A stretch of 64,000 nt of DNA from Carpediemonas membranifera BICM (Eukaryota; Protista; Fornicata), in NCBI GenBank assembly GCA_019828565.1, contig JAHDYR010000025.1, positions 62,001 through 126,000 of the forward strand, read 5' to 3'. The notes beneath the pieces were generated by a model. That model did no database searches. It was not told the origin of the DNA and saw nothing but the letters and a program-made list of their open reading frames with translations. The number at the start of each line of letters is the position of its first letter. Position 1 is the first letter of the stretch. The position numbers and the translations under genes were made by a program. Shown here in pieces: positions 22,565 to 33,801 of the stretch.

Positions 22565-22902
22565 CTGTCTGGAGGGGGTGTAATACAGCTACTCAAGCAA
22601 AGAAAAGTAGCAGTATACTGCCACCTTTTTCTGAGAAGGCCAAAACTTCGAGCCCTCATATTTTTGTATTGGGCTAGAGCTGTACAGCGAAATTTACTGG
22701 GCGGATGTTTGCATCCAAGGGCTACCTAAGGGACATTAAATCTCGAGATCTATATCAAATATTTACTCAATATTTACCGCAAACTTTTCTAAGATAGTTC
22801 CGACCATGGTAAGCCACGCTATGCGTTTTTATTGCGTGGCTGGGTCTGTACCAAATGATATATGCTCCAGAAGTTGCAAAAATCGCAAAAGAAGTTTGTC
22901 TG

Positions 22903-23015
22903 TTCTCGAAATTGCTGATTGCCAACGGCAAACCAGAACCACCACGTTGTAGTATAGCACGTGTACTACAGCCTGGCATGTCTGGTCTAGCGTTGGCAAT
23001 CAGCAATTTGGAGAA
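22903..23015. repeat. Long subterminal hairpin
   Basis: 19-bp perfect IR at 22909-22927 / 22991-23009, with inner stems ACCAGA/TCTGGT and TGTAGTA/TACTACA. Confidence 0.8.
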
Positions 23016-23364
23016 ATGGACGTGTCAAATTTTTGACATTCCGGAAAAAGCCGAACATGGCCAGAACTGAATATAACTCAATAGATCGCTACGGTTTACT
23101 GTGAATCACTGTACTCTTCTGAACTTGATGGCGGAATCCCGCATTTGGCCCTTTCTTGCTCTATATTGAGTAAGTCCTTCGCTCTTGCTAATCTATCCAT
23201 TCCAACACGCTCTGCTACCGCCCACAGTTCTGGATGTGCTAATATTACATCAATTGCAGCTATAACGGTTCCTATCTCTTCGTAATAGTCTCTATACCTG
23301 TAGGATTCCATTTCCAACTTAAAACTGCACTCAGTTTTTTACACCCCCACAAAAGTGGGGCAGT

Positions 23365-24495
23365 ATGGTAGAAGACCAGGAGCGGCTTTCAAGAGATACT
23401 GTGCGTGATATTGTGCACACAATCATCGCAACATGCTATCGTTGGGAAGAGAGAAGCACGAAATGCGATTGTCGCTCCATCGCGGATGCAATCCTTGCAA
23501 TCCTCCCAAAAACTGTTCTAGAGCGCATGCCGCGTAAGCAGGACTTCATGAGGTCAGTACCCAAGGCTATCGAGAACCTTGCTGGCCGCAAACTCTCTCC
23601 TAACACGAAGGGCATCTACCAAGGAATTCACGCGACAGATACAGGGCGTGCCGCATTGATAGCCGGACTCAGCCAGCTTGTAACTCTCACTGACGCTGAA
23701 ACTGATCATTTGCGAAATTCCAAGCTCGACAGCTCCCAAAGAGCCTTCCGGGTGTGCCAGCCGCGCCGCAATCCTGCCGTCCCCACCCCCCACCCCACTG
23801 TTCAGACCGCTGAGCAGCCCACTATGTCCGTTGACTCCACGCGTGCAATGCAAGCTTCGTCAGTCAACGGTGCCAACGTCGCTGAGATGATTGAGGCCGT
23901 GAACCACATGACTGAGCAGTTTAGGAACACGAAGCCAGGCGCTTCCGACGCGGAATACTTTATGGGCACCACTGCCAAGATGTGGAAGAACAGCCTCCGC
24001 AAGTGTTGCCCTTACTGCGCAGACTTACGTGGCCTCTTCTTCGTTGACGGTAGAACAGACGAAACTGTCTTAGAGTGCGACTTCTGCCACAGGTTCGTCC
24101 ACAGAATCTGTGAGGATGATAGCTTTTCGACGGTCACTCGCAAGGACAAGAACAACAATGACAAGACGTTCACCGTCTGTGAGCTCTGTTCAAACGCTGA
24201 GAAGCAGACTATATGCATGAAGGGAGGCTGTGAGACTGATATCTCCGCGAACGGTGTCAACTCTTTCATGTGCATGTACTGCCATGCATACTTCTGCAAG
24301 GACCACATCGCCTTTAATAAGTTTGAGTCTGGCCCCGACCTTATGGGTCGTCCCTCTGAGAGAGGCCCTATCTGCATTTCTTGCTATAAGTCACTGCATC
24401 AGGAAGGGGAGGTATTCGATCTCTCGCACTTCCGTGACATGATGAAGCATTTTGATACAGCTGATGCCGAGGATAACAGTGATTCGAATCAATAA
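23365..24495 (+). CDS. Multi-zinc-finger (PHD-like) protein; cargo of transposon B
   Basis: CPYC...LECDFCHRFVHRIC...VCELC (C4HC3, PHD-like), then C....C...CMYCHAYFCKDH...CISC. Confidence 0.75.
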   Translation: MVEDQERLSRDTVRDIVHTIIATCYRWEERSTKCDCRSIADAILAILPKTVLERMPRKQDFMRSVPKAIENLAGRKLSPNTKGIYQGIHATDTGRAALIAGLSQLVTLTDAETDHLRNSKLDSSQRAFRVCQPRRNPAVPTPHPTVQTAEQPTMSVDSTRAMQASSVNGANVAEMIEAVNHMTEQFRNTKPGASDAEYFMGTTAKMWKNSLRKCCPYCADLRGLFFVDGRTDETVLECDFCHRFVHRICEDDSFSTVTRKDKNNNDKTFTVCELCSNAEKQTICMKGGCETDISANGVNSFMCMYCHAYFCKDHIAFNKFESGPDLMGRPSERGPICISCYKSLHQEGEVFDLSHFRDMMKHFDTADAEDNSDSNQ

Positions 24496-25095
24496 AGGTC
24501 AATGAATGACATATTGTAAGTTTATGCCGCAGATTTGATACTGTGCGGGGGCTCATGCGAGACCTCAGAGTGGGCTTGCCGTCGCATGTCAACAACGAGA
24601 CCCAAAGACCCTTGCCGAACCTTGATCAGACCATCGCCCGTTTGGCGAGTAAGCGCTACACTACCGCTTCACCAGCCCTCCAAGGCAGCGTTTTGGACCT
24701 GCGTCATCTCCGGCGAACTGGAATGATCCAAAGTAACGGTGTAGTGTTCTTTCTGGCAGCTAATTGTGCATAAGCGAATGCTTTGTGGTCATTTATTGCT
24801 CTTTGGCGCAGCAACGCCCACAACTCTTTGGGATACTGTTCTTTTGGTGTTGATGGCACCACCATGCTTGCACCTGATGCAGACTTGTGGGGATTGACAG
24901 ATAATTTCGCTATTGTCATCGAAGGCGATCCGGCTCACGCCACGCTGTACCAGAAGAAGTGCGAGGTCGTTGAGATTGAATAAAGATTTGGATATGCCCG
25001 TGTAGCCAGCGGTTCATGACCTGCAGCAGACATTTGGACGTACAGCGGGATACCACATCAATTAGGTCACTTGCGGGCTAAGATTGTCGTTGTCG

Positions 25096-27272
25096 ATTGT
25101 CATTCACCGGAGGAGCAGGCCAGAGTCACTTGCCATCTGGCGCATCATGAGGAGATATTGGAATGTGTTGATGTGTTTATTGACTAAATGAGCTGGAATT
25201 AGGCGGGTTTGATGTTGCTTACATGTTCTGTGGCATGCCTGATGTCCAAAGATGTATTTTGGCACAGTGATGTTGTTTAGTGTGCTCATAGCTGACCGCG
25301 TAGTTATCTGACTTCAATGTGTCGTGTTGGTGCCAAGAAATCGATGGTAGCTCACACGTTTGAGGTAGTTGCTTGTTGCATCGATGCAACGCACTTTAAG
25401 GATTAAAAAGCTGTACCCCATAGCCGTTTCCTAAGGCCAAATGCGGCCCTCTCTAGCGTATATACACGCGTGTATTGGGACTAGATGCAGTGTTGTGGCA
25501 TGCCCGGTCTAGCTGAATCCACAAATGTGGATCGGCTCTGGCTGCCGTATAGGTGGCCATGCTTTGGACTTATGGCTGGAGACTGATACAATTGGCAGGT
25601 AGTTGACTGGTACGTGCTCATATGGACAACCGACGGCCATTCACTGGCAGGGCTCGCTTCGCAACAGACAGGCGCTCCCTGGGGCTTGGGGCTGTGCATG
25701 AGCTTAGACAATAATCGTGGGTCAGTCTGACACCTGTATGGACATCAACGCGGTCGTAAGCATGCTTCACCTTGTTTTGCCGCAGTTTATGGACGAAATG
25801 GATGTCTTCACAGGAAAGCACTCATCCTCTGAGCATTTGCGGTATCTCATGACAATGCTCGCCGCAGTCGATGTTCTTCGGGGATCCTCGCAATCCATAA
25901 GAGGCGAGCGCCACGGAAGGGCATACTCCAAGACTATTCACACCGAGTTCTTGCGGTCCTTCCTTTTGTTGGAGCGGGAAGTGCTCAACGAGGATCCAGA
26001 AGCGCTAGAGAAGATGGATGCATTGTATTCGGGCGATCGCGAGGAAACAATGAAGATTGTCGAAGTGCACGACGGAGAAGAGGATGAGCCACCCGTAACC
26101 AGCGCATCAAGCTCGCATAAGACAAAGAAGGCCCACAAGCGTCGGCTACTTTCGGCAAGGAAGACCCAGAAGCTAACTTTTCCGTCAGAGATTGTCCATC
26201 CCGATGATGCTGCCTTGCCGGTGGAGAGAAGTGCGTTCCTCCAGAAGTATCTCAAGACGATCAAAGCTAGATTGCCTTCACTAGAGAGGTCAGTCGAGCG
26301 TGTGAATCGGCTGGGGGACATGCAAACTTCCCTGGCGTCACTCAACCATATTGCCGACAGCCTCTCTGAAGAGAACCTCACGGTGATGCGTATTTACGTT
26401 GCGTATAACCTAACTCTGTATGACTATATAGCGAAGGATAAGTTTACTGTGGACCCGATAATTGCTCCAACAGCTGAACTGACTAAGATGGCCGAAAAAC
26501 AACGCAGCGAGTTCATCAGCCGTAACCAGAGTTACTGCACAACCCGCACTCGCAGGACTAACAAGTCAAGCTTCTATAATGATGTACAGAAACATGCCAC
26601 GAATATGGGTGTGAAGAGCATAGAACGAAGCCACATCATCATCGGCATGATGTTGCTGACATACGCCGACTTCGGCAAGTTCCTGGAGGCTGGTTTGATT
26701 CCCAGGGACACGGGTGATGCGAGAGAGTTGGCAAACATGGTCTTGGAGAGCTTCTTCATGGCATATAACAGCGAGGGAGGAACGCGTGCAGCACTCATGC
26801 AGGAACTGAAGGATGGAGTAACTGACACAGACAGGCTATCGATGATGGAGCAAATGTTTGCGCTTTCTGTGGAGACGAACTCCCTGACGTATGTCAAGCC
26901 ATCGCCCGAGACGGAATGTGAAGAGAGAAGTGGGTCTGGCAAGCGGAAAGGCAACGTGACGGAGTCAGGCGATGATGATGGGAAGCGAGCACAGTTGGAG
27001 TAAAGAAGAATCAGTCAAATTTAAAGATAAGAGTGCAGTGCGGAGGAACACTCTCATTCTCCGAATTGTTGTTCATGCGAAAGAGGATGTATTTGTGGAA
27101 CTCGGAGTCACTAATGCGATCTTCACTCAGAGCCTTGAACCATATGCTAAACTCATTCGAGAATGTCGCCAAAACATAGGCACACCATCGATCGAAGAGG
27201 GAAGCCTCGAAGTCGAAGGAAGCATGGATATAGGTTGCCAAGTCTTTCTTTCCGACTCGTAGGCCAACCTTC
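25096..27272 (+). repeat. Segmental duplication, copy 1 (copy 2 = 29128-29360 plus 33806-35749; partial copy 3 = 35767-36277)
   Basis: Near-identical sequence and identical ORF translations. Confidence 0.93.
25717..27003 (+). CDS. Hypothetical protein (428 aa); cargo of transposon B
   Basis: Long ORF with basic/acidic patches; no recognised domain. Confidence 0.65.
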   Translation: MGQSDTCMDINAVVSMLHLVLPQFMDEMDVFTGKHSSSEHLRYLMTMLAAVDVLRGSSQSIRGERHGRAYSKTIHTEFLRSFLLLEREVLNEDPEALEKMDALYSGDREETMKIVEVHDGEEDEPPVTSASSSHKTKKAHKRRLLSARKTQKLTFPSEIVHPDDAALPVERSAFLQKYLKTIKARLPSLERSVERVNRLGDMQTSLASLNHIADSLSEENLTVMRIYVAYNLTLYDYIAKDKFTVDPIIAPTAELTKMAEKQRSEFISRNQSYCTTRTRRTNKSSFYNDVQKHATNMGVKSIERSHIIIGMMLLTYADFGKFLEAGLIPRDTGDARELANMVLESFFMAYNSEGGTRAALMQELKDGVTDTDRLSMMEQMFALSVETNSLTYVKPSPETECEERSGSGKRKGNVTESGDDDGKRAQLE

Positions 27273-27574
27273 TTCCAGCGTAGCAGCTGGAGCTGACGGG
27301 AAATCTTTGATGTTGAAGAATCGATGGCATCATCGCTAATGTCTGAAAATGTCGAGTGCACAATGCCATCACTCCATGATTCCCGAAGCTCATCAGTTTT
27401 TGCGAAAAAGACCGTTCTAGCTTGATCAGTGGTGAGCCAATATGAAGCAAACGCTTCCGCGCAATTTTGACGGACTCTTTCCATTCCTTGGTTGAAAGCT
27501 TTGATCCTGTCTACATTCAACATGCACCACAGCTTGTAGTAATGCTCAAACAATTGTTTCTGATGATTGCTCAT
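27011..27574 (-). CDS. Hypothetical protein (187 aa); cargo of transposon B
   Basis: ATG-initiated ORF, convergent with the 428-aa ORF and divergent from the SET gene. Confidence 0.55.
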   Translation of the reverse strand: MSNHQKQLFEHYYKLWCMLNVDRIKAFNQGMERVRQNCAEAFASYWLTTDQARTVFFAKTDELRESWSDGIVHSTFSDISDDAIDSSTSKISRQLQLLRWKKVGLRVGKKDLATYIHASFDFEASLFDRWCAYVLATFSNEFSIWFKALSEDRISDSEFHKYILFRMNNNSENESVPPHCTLIFKFD

Positions 27575-27607
27575 TGTACGTGCAGTTTACACAGTTTGGT
27601 CGTGAGC

Positions 27608-28921
27608 ATGCCAATTGATTATACCATACCAGACGTGAGTTCAAAGGTTGAGAGTGATCGCTATTGGTCGCTGGATGTTTACAATCAGTTCATGAACCTT
27701 TCAGAGCTGAATGAAGCAGACAGGAACAGATTTCTGTCTATGAACACGTCTAAGCTGTCTTATGACTATTCTGGACTGAAACTGAATGAAATTGGTGTCA
27801 GTGTCAGCAAGAGGCTTGTTCTTACTGAGCAGCATTCGATCTGTGGTGATGCATGCGGCCTCGGGGTTGTATCCCCACATGCGATGAATGTCAACGACTT
27901 CGTCGGTATATACGCGGGAAAAGTCTGTGCTATTACCCCTGAACTTCAGATTGGGCAGCATGACTTTGAGCTTCCCCTTGGCTCCAGTGAGTTCATGGTT
28001 CGTGGCGACCCTACCAAGCACGGAATTCACATGGTGAACGATAACCCAATCGTGACAAATGTACAAGTCCGCTGCATTAAGGTGCAGGTTCAGGTCGATG
28101 ATGACACGGTGCCGCTTCCTCTTCTTGCCCTTCTATGCATCAGGAACACACGGCCTTACGAAAGAAAGAAAGAAATTTATGGTGCTTGGATTCTGACCCC
28201 GGACTGAGCTTGTTTCCCGTTGTCTTGGAGCTGAGTGCCCCGGGGTACTGCCTATTTCCCGTGGCAAACTGGTCAGCAGCGTTTGCCTTGGGCTTTCGGT
28301 GCTACTGTCTCCGCGGAAAGCCGATTCCAATCGCCCCAGAGGCCCTGCGGCCATCTCCGTGCAAATATGCTTTCCTGTCTCCCTGAAAGTCCGGCAACTA
28401 TCCGGGGAGCCTGGGGGTCTGTCCTCGGGGCATTGACAGGCAGGATCGTCCTGCAGAACCTTGACTATGACACTCCTTGCTTCCCTGCAGTCCTTGTAGA
28501 GCCGTTCAGCCACGGCACCCTCTCGTCTGTCCGGTTCCCCAATTCCATGCCCCCTCGACTCTGTTAAGAAGCCTACCCGAAGGCGGGGAAAGTGACTAAG
28601 TCCATGCTGTCTACCCCGGTTAGGTGGCGTGGGTCAGGGCATGGGTGGTGTTCCCCCAGGCACTAGGCCTGGTTGTCCTGTTACCCCTTACAACATTTCG
28701 CTTGCACTACATGTCCTTGGTTTCCCATGTCGTTAACAAGGGCGGCAGGGGCACCCACACGGCCTTACGAGTTCCTTTCTATGGCATACGCGCCTTCGTA
28801 TTGGGAAGGAGAGCATCGTCATTATCCCCTTGATGTTGCAGCATTTGAGCTGATGATTCGGGGTTCCACTATCTTCGATGTTGATCAGGCCCGTCGTTTG
28901 GCTCTCGAATACTTGGAGTAA
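27608..28921 (+). pseudogene. SET-domain protein of transposon B, disrupted by retroposon 28162-28755
   Basis: CGLGVV..FVGIYAG..HMVND..IRNTRPYE|FLSMAYAPSYWE; in frame once the insert and one TSD are removed. Confidence 0.75.
28162..28755 (-). mobile_element. 5'-truncated non-LTR retroposon/SINE with (TTTC)n tail
   Basis: 15-bp TSD CACACGGCCTTACGA at 28147-28161 and 28756-28770; (GAAA)n at the left end; homologous to 42310-42730. Confidence 0.85.
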
Positions 28922-29360
28922 AAGCATCATAGTAGATTCATGAGCTCTGTCAAGTCTCTGGCCTTTGGGGCTCTCTCAACATGCTACTCAGACTTCAGAA
29001 CCAGTTTTATTCACTCACCCTTGTTAACCACCCGAGCAACAGGCTAACAGACCACATCTACATACAACGCAAGGAAGCATGCAGGCCGGCACGTCCGACT
29101 GACTCAAGTCCACAGCCAGACTTCTGCATTGTCATTCACCGGAGGAGCAGGCCAGAGTCACTTGCCATCTGGCGCATCATGAGGAGATATTGGAATGTGT
29201 TGATGTGTTTATTGACTAAATGAGCTGGAATTAGGCGGGTTTGATGTTGCTTACATGTTCTGTGGCATGCCTGATGTCCAAAGATGTATTTTGGCACAGT
29301 GATGTTGTTTAGTGTGCTCATAGCTGACCGCGTAGTTATCTGACTTCAATGTGTCGTGTT

Positions 29361-29444
29361 TGTCGTAGACTCCTTATCATTTAATCAGTTGATGATTACG
29401 ACACCATTGTGTCGAGATTAAAATGTTTCCCACCGACAACGTCA
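29361..29444 (+). repeat. 5' LTR of gypsy 2
   Basis: Identical to 33718-33801. Confidence 0.95.
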
Positions 29445-31451
29445 TAGTGATCACTCGTAATGGTTCAGTTGGAAATCGATTATAATTTCCCGCGTATGTC
29501 GGCCAAGGAGCTCGATCCTCGCGGTGTTAAGAAATTCAAAGCCGAGGTTCGCGTGTTTCGCGCTCGGATCCCCGACTATGCTACCGGGCTCCTGCTTAGC
29601 GAGGAGTTACAGGAAGAATTAGAAGCAACCCTCGGTGTGAGCGCTGAGAGCGCCACCTCCAACCAAGTATATGAGTTCCTCGAATCCGAGGCCACACCCC
29701 GTTCCCTGCTCGAACTTAAACGCCAGCTGCGTGCTGTGCTGTGCCCGAAGCTGGGTACCGAGGGTTACCCCTCGAATCTCTCTGTCGTCCGCCAGCTGGG
29801 CGCCGATTTCGTGGAACTCGCAGATTACGCCCTTCGTTCCGCCGCGAAGGAGGGCAGCGAGAGCCTAGCAGCGCTCTTTGGCAAGGAGAAGCGAAAGATG
29901 GCCCGCCTGCTTGAAGACGGCACTGCCGAGGTGGTGGAGGAGGAGGCACTCCTCACTGCCGCCGACGTCGCAGCGAAGCGAGCAGCCGCCTTCGACAAGA
30001 CGGCAAGGAAGATCTTTCTGGAGAAGATCAAGCCGAAGTCGCTCTACGAAAGGATCGAGCTCGAGAGCCAGTTTGTCAAGCCGTCCTCCCTCAAGGACCT
30101 CATCAACATCGCACGCACCGTCGCCAAGCTCGAGGATGCGTCTAACTCCACGACCACGACCGCCTCCAGCACCTCTGCAGGCGCCTCGCAGGCCAACGAC
30201 CACCGGGAGCACCGTCAGGCGCCTCCCCCAGGCTGCTAAGACCACCACTGCCGCCCAGTCCTCGCGTAAGCAGCGTACAAGACCGTGCCGCCTTTGCGGA
30301 GGCGAGCACTGGGACTCGGATTGCCCTAAGCTCGGGGGCCGGACCCGCGAGAGCGGCCAGCTCCGCCCTAACCCCCCGAAGAAGACGCCCTTCGAGGCGC
30401 ACGCGGCAGAGGAGGGTGATGCTGAAGCTCTCCACACGGAGGCTGTCATAAATCACTCCTCCTATTCTGCTACGGTTGACACGGGAGCCGGGGTCTCATT
30501 CATTAGCAGCCGACTGCTTCACACTCTGAGAGAGCGTGACAACTCCATCAAGCCGAAGAAGTGCCAACCGTTTATCGTCTCGCTGGCGGGAGGTAGCACC
30601 GTCAAGGGTAATGAGATGGTTGAGCTCCGCGTCGAGCTCCCACACCTGACCACGAGACCCATAGTCAAGAACATCAGCTTCAGAGTACTCCCAGGTCCTG
30701 TGGAGAAGCTCCTATTGGGCGTAGATCAGCTGAGAGCCCTCGGGTTCATCAGCGACAGAGGAATCTTCCTCCCTTTCCCGTCGCCAGAAGGCCCGGAGAA
30801 GGAAGATGACATCCTCCCTTACAACCACAGCTACTTATCGGCGGAACACGCTGATAATAGGAGCATCAAGACCGAAATCGATAAGATCGAGTTCGGCGAG
30901 AACGAAAACCGGCGCAGCAGCACGAGAGATCTGCGCTGCATACGAAGAAGTGTTCGAGGAAGAGCTCCCTACAGAAGGCAGCAAGCTTGAACCGATGTCT
31001 ATTGATTTCATTTCCGACGACTGGGTGAATGAGTTCAACCAAAAACCGAGACACCTCTCGGAGGAAAAGCGAGAGAAGGTGCGCCAGGAGGTCACGCAGA
31101 TGCACCTCCAGCACATTATCCGCCACAGTCACGGGCCATATGCCTCGCCCGTAGTGGTGGTTTCGAACGGGCACAAGGGGTCGACCAAGATTCGCCTATG
31201 TGTAGACTACACCGTCATCAACCGTCACACGAAGCGGGATAGGTACCCGCTACCTGACATCAGGGCGTACCTGCGGGAAAGCCGCAGGCGCAGAGTACTA
31301 CGCCAGTCTCGACCTGAGACAAGGTTACTATCAAGTCAAGGTTAAGGAGGAGGACATCCCCAAGACCGCCTTTATCACCCCGGACGCGTACGAGGAGTTC
31401 GAGAGACTCCCGTTTGGCCTCTGCAACGCCCCATCACACTTTCAGAGATGT

Positions 31452-33725
31452 ATGGAGAAGGCCTTCGCGAAGGAGCTACACCACGGCGTGGCTATCTACA
31501 TCGACGATGTCATGATATATGGCCGCACGAAGGAGGAGTTCCTAGAACGGCTGCACAACGTCCTTGATATCTGCAAGGAACAACGCCTCCGGCTCAAAGC
31601 GCCGAAATGCAAGATTGGCGTGGAGGAGGTGGAGATGCTAGGCTTCATCTGCAATACAGAGGGCCTAAAGCTAAGCAAGGAACGCGTGGAGGGAATCCAT
31701 GCCCTGAAAACGCCAACGACGAAGAAAGGACTTCTTTCAATGTGTGGTTCGCTGAACTACGTAGCGAAATTTGTTCCTGACGCTAGTAGAGTACTATCTC
31801 CCATCAATGACTTGCGGTCGGCCACCGATGGCGCCGATTTCATTTGGTCATCGATTCATGATGAGGCACTTGACGAGTTCAAGAGACGCCTCGAGAAGTA
31901 CCTAGTACTGGTCCATCCGGACCTCAACAAGAAGTGGGTGCTCCAGACGGACGCCTCAGATATAGGATTCGGTGGCATCCTCACTCAGGAGGGGGACGAC
32001 GGACGCCAAGAGATAGTCTCGTTCTTCTCGGGATCCTTCAACAAGACTCAGACAAGGTGGAGTACCTACGAACAGGAGCTGTTCGCAATCATACACTGCC
32101 TGACCAGACCAGATCTTGGCCAGCTCTTCAGGATTCACCCAAATCTGACAATTCAGACTGATCACAAGAACCTTGTGTATCTTGATCAGAAGAAGCTTAA
32201 GAACGATAAGATCCTCCGTTGGTCGCTGTTACTATCGGATTATCAGTATACAATCGAACATATCGCCGGTCTTGATAACGAGACCGCGGACTTGATGTCC
32301 CGCATCGACGCACTAGCCGTGGAGCTTACAGATTGGAACGATGAGATTAGTTCTGCTCAAAAGAACACCTCCCAAGAGGAGAAGGATTCTTGGCGACGCG
32401 CTGGTGCCACCATCAACAACAACACCTGGGTGAAGGATGCCGTCCCCGTCCTCCCCAAAGACGCCAGAGCGCTACGACACAAGCTGATCAAAGCCGCCCA
32501 CAGCAGACATGGCGGCAGAGCTGATACGCTTCAACGGGTAGCCGAGGTCGCCTGGTGGCCCGGCCGCGCTAGAGACGTGAGCAACTTCGTCCAGCAGTGC
32601 CCCACCTGTGCCAAGACAAGGCTCAAGCAGTTCTTGTCAGCCCCAGAGGGGCGCACCATTCAAGACTCGTTCTGGAACACCATAGCCATCGACACGGTGG
32701 GACCGCTGTCGGAGGACGCGTATGGGGCCAAGTTCATCTACGTCATCACGGACCTCTACACACGCTACACAGAGCTGCATGCGGCAACCGCAAACAATGC
32801 CCAGAGCGCGGTCGACGCCCTATGGCTGGCCGTCACCCGCCACGGCATCCCAAGCTACATCAAGAGTGACAACGGAACAGAGTATGTTAATCAGGTCGTG
32901 AGCCTCCTGATTGAACAGCTCGGAGCGCACCACCAGCGGACGTTGCCATACCATCCTCAAAGTAACGGGGTGGTCGAGCGCCGGAACGCGGAAGTCGGAC
33001 GTCACCTCAGATGGCTGGCGCTGGCTATGGACGGCTATGGAGAGTGGAGCCAACTCCTCCCCTTCGTCCAACACATCTTGAACACATCAACACACACGAA
33101 GCTCGGCGTATCGCCGCACGAGGTCGTCTACGGCCGCCGAGCAGAGATCGGTTTGGTCAGAAATCAACAAGCGGCGCTAGAGAGACCCGATATCGCGCAA
33201 TATCTCGATCGACTAGCTCACATCCAGGACAATCTGGACAAGGTTATAACTCAGTGCAACAAGAGGGAGGAGAGGCTGGGCCCTGCCCCAACACGCCCAG
33301 CTATTAGGTCAGGTGACCTAGTGTTCATCAAACCAGCTGTCAAGCACAAGCTGCACGGCCTACTCGGCCCATTCAAGGTTCACGCAATCCACAGCAACAA
33401 CGCTGTTGAAGTAGCGTCCCTACTCAATGACGAGAGGCAATTCACGCATCTGGACAAGATTGCCCTCTGCCCTGACATCTCCCTGGAGTTGGCGAGACAG
33501 TATGCCGCCTCCGACGACGAGAGATACATTGTAGAACAAGTACTTGAGCACAACACTCGAGACCACACCCTACTCATTAAGTGGGAGGGCTACACCCAGA
33601 CGACATGGGAACCACTGACACGCGACAATGCCAAGGTCGGCCCAATTTCCGACTACCTCCGGCAACATAGGATTCGATGGAAGCCGTTGAACACCTCGGA
33701 GCGGGGGAGGAGCAGGATGTCGTAG
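31452..33725 (+). CDS. Gypsy 2 Pol: RT C-part, RNase H, integrase, chromodomain
   Basis: YIDD, TDASD, H..H..CPTC, IDTVGP, SDNG, NGVVER, LGPF. Confidence 0.93.
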   Translation: MEKAFAKELHHGVAIYIDDVMIYGRTKEEFLERLHNVLDICKEQRLRLKAPKCKIGVEEVEMLGFICNTEGLKLSKERVEGIHALKTPTTKKGLLSMCGSLNYVAKFVPDASRVLSPINDLRSATDGADFIWSSIHDEALDEFKRRLEKYLVLVHPDLNKKWVLQTDASDIGFGGILTQEGDDGRQEIVSFFSGSFNKTQTRWSTYEQELFAIIHCLTRPDLGQLFRIHPNLTIQTDHKNLVYLDQKKLKNDKILRWSLLLSDYQYTIEHIAGLDNETADLMSRIDALAVELTDWNDEISSAQKNTSQEEKDSWRRAGATINNNTWVKDAVPVLPKDARALRHKLIKAAHSRHGGRADTLQRVAEVAWWPGRARDVSNFVQQCPTCAKTRLKQFLSAPEGRTIQDSFWNTIAIDTVGPLSEDAYGAKFIYVITDLYTRYTELHAATANNAQSAVDALWLAVTRHGIPSYIKSDNGTEYVNQVVSLLIEQLGAHHQRTLPYHPQSNGVVERRNAEVGRHLRWLALAMDGYGEWSQLLPFVQHILNTSTHTKLGVSPHEVVYGRRAEIGLVRNQQAALERPDIAQYLDRLAHIQDNLDKVITQCNKREERLGPAPTRPAIRSGDLVFIKPAVKHKLHGLLGPFKVHAIHSNNAVEVASLLNDERQFTHLDKIALCPDISLELARQYAASDDERYIVEQVLEHNTRDHTLLIKWEGYTQTTWEPLTRDNAKVGPISDYLRQHRIRWKPLNTSERGRSRMS

Positions 33726-33801
33726 ACTCCTTATCATTTAATCAGTTGATGATTACGACACCATTGTGTCGAGATTAAAATGTTTCCCACCGACAACGTC
33801 A
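33718..33801 (+). repeat. 3' LTR of gypsy 2
   Basis: Follows the purine tract; identical to the 5' LTR. Confidence 0.95.

Larger units (their letters stand above)
29361..33801 (+). mobile_element. Complete Ty3/gypsy chromodomain LTR retrotransposon 2 (4441 bp)
   Basis: Identical 84-bp TG..CA LTRs, TSD TGTT (29357-29360, 33802-33805), PPT 33698-33717; gag, CCHC knuckle, DTGA protease, YIDD RT, TDAS RNase H, integrase, chromodomain (IKWEGY). Several frameshifts. Confidence 0.97.

Noticed and set aside
22630-22690. Hammerhead or other ribozyme in the repeated block
   Set aside because: No CUGANGA...GAAA core, and CTGAGA is not conserved in the 40082 copy.
24543-24983. Ulp1-like protease (QSNANALWSF after a putative intron)
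   Set aside because: No catalytic Cys or His-Trp motif seen; the gene model is unresolved.
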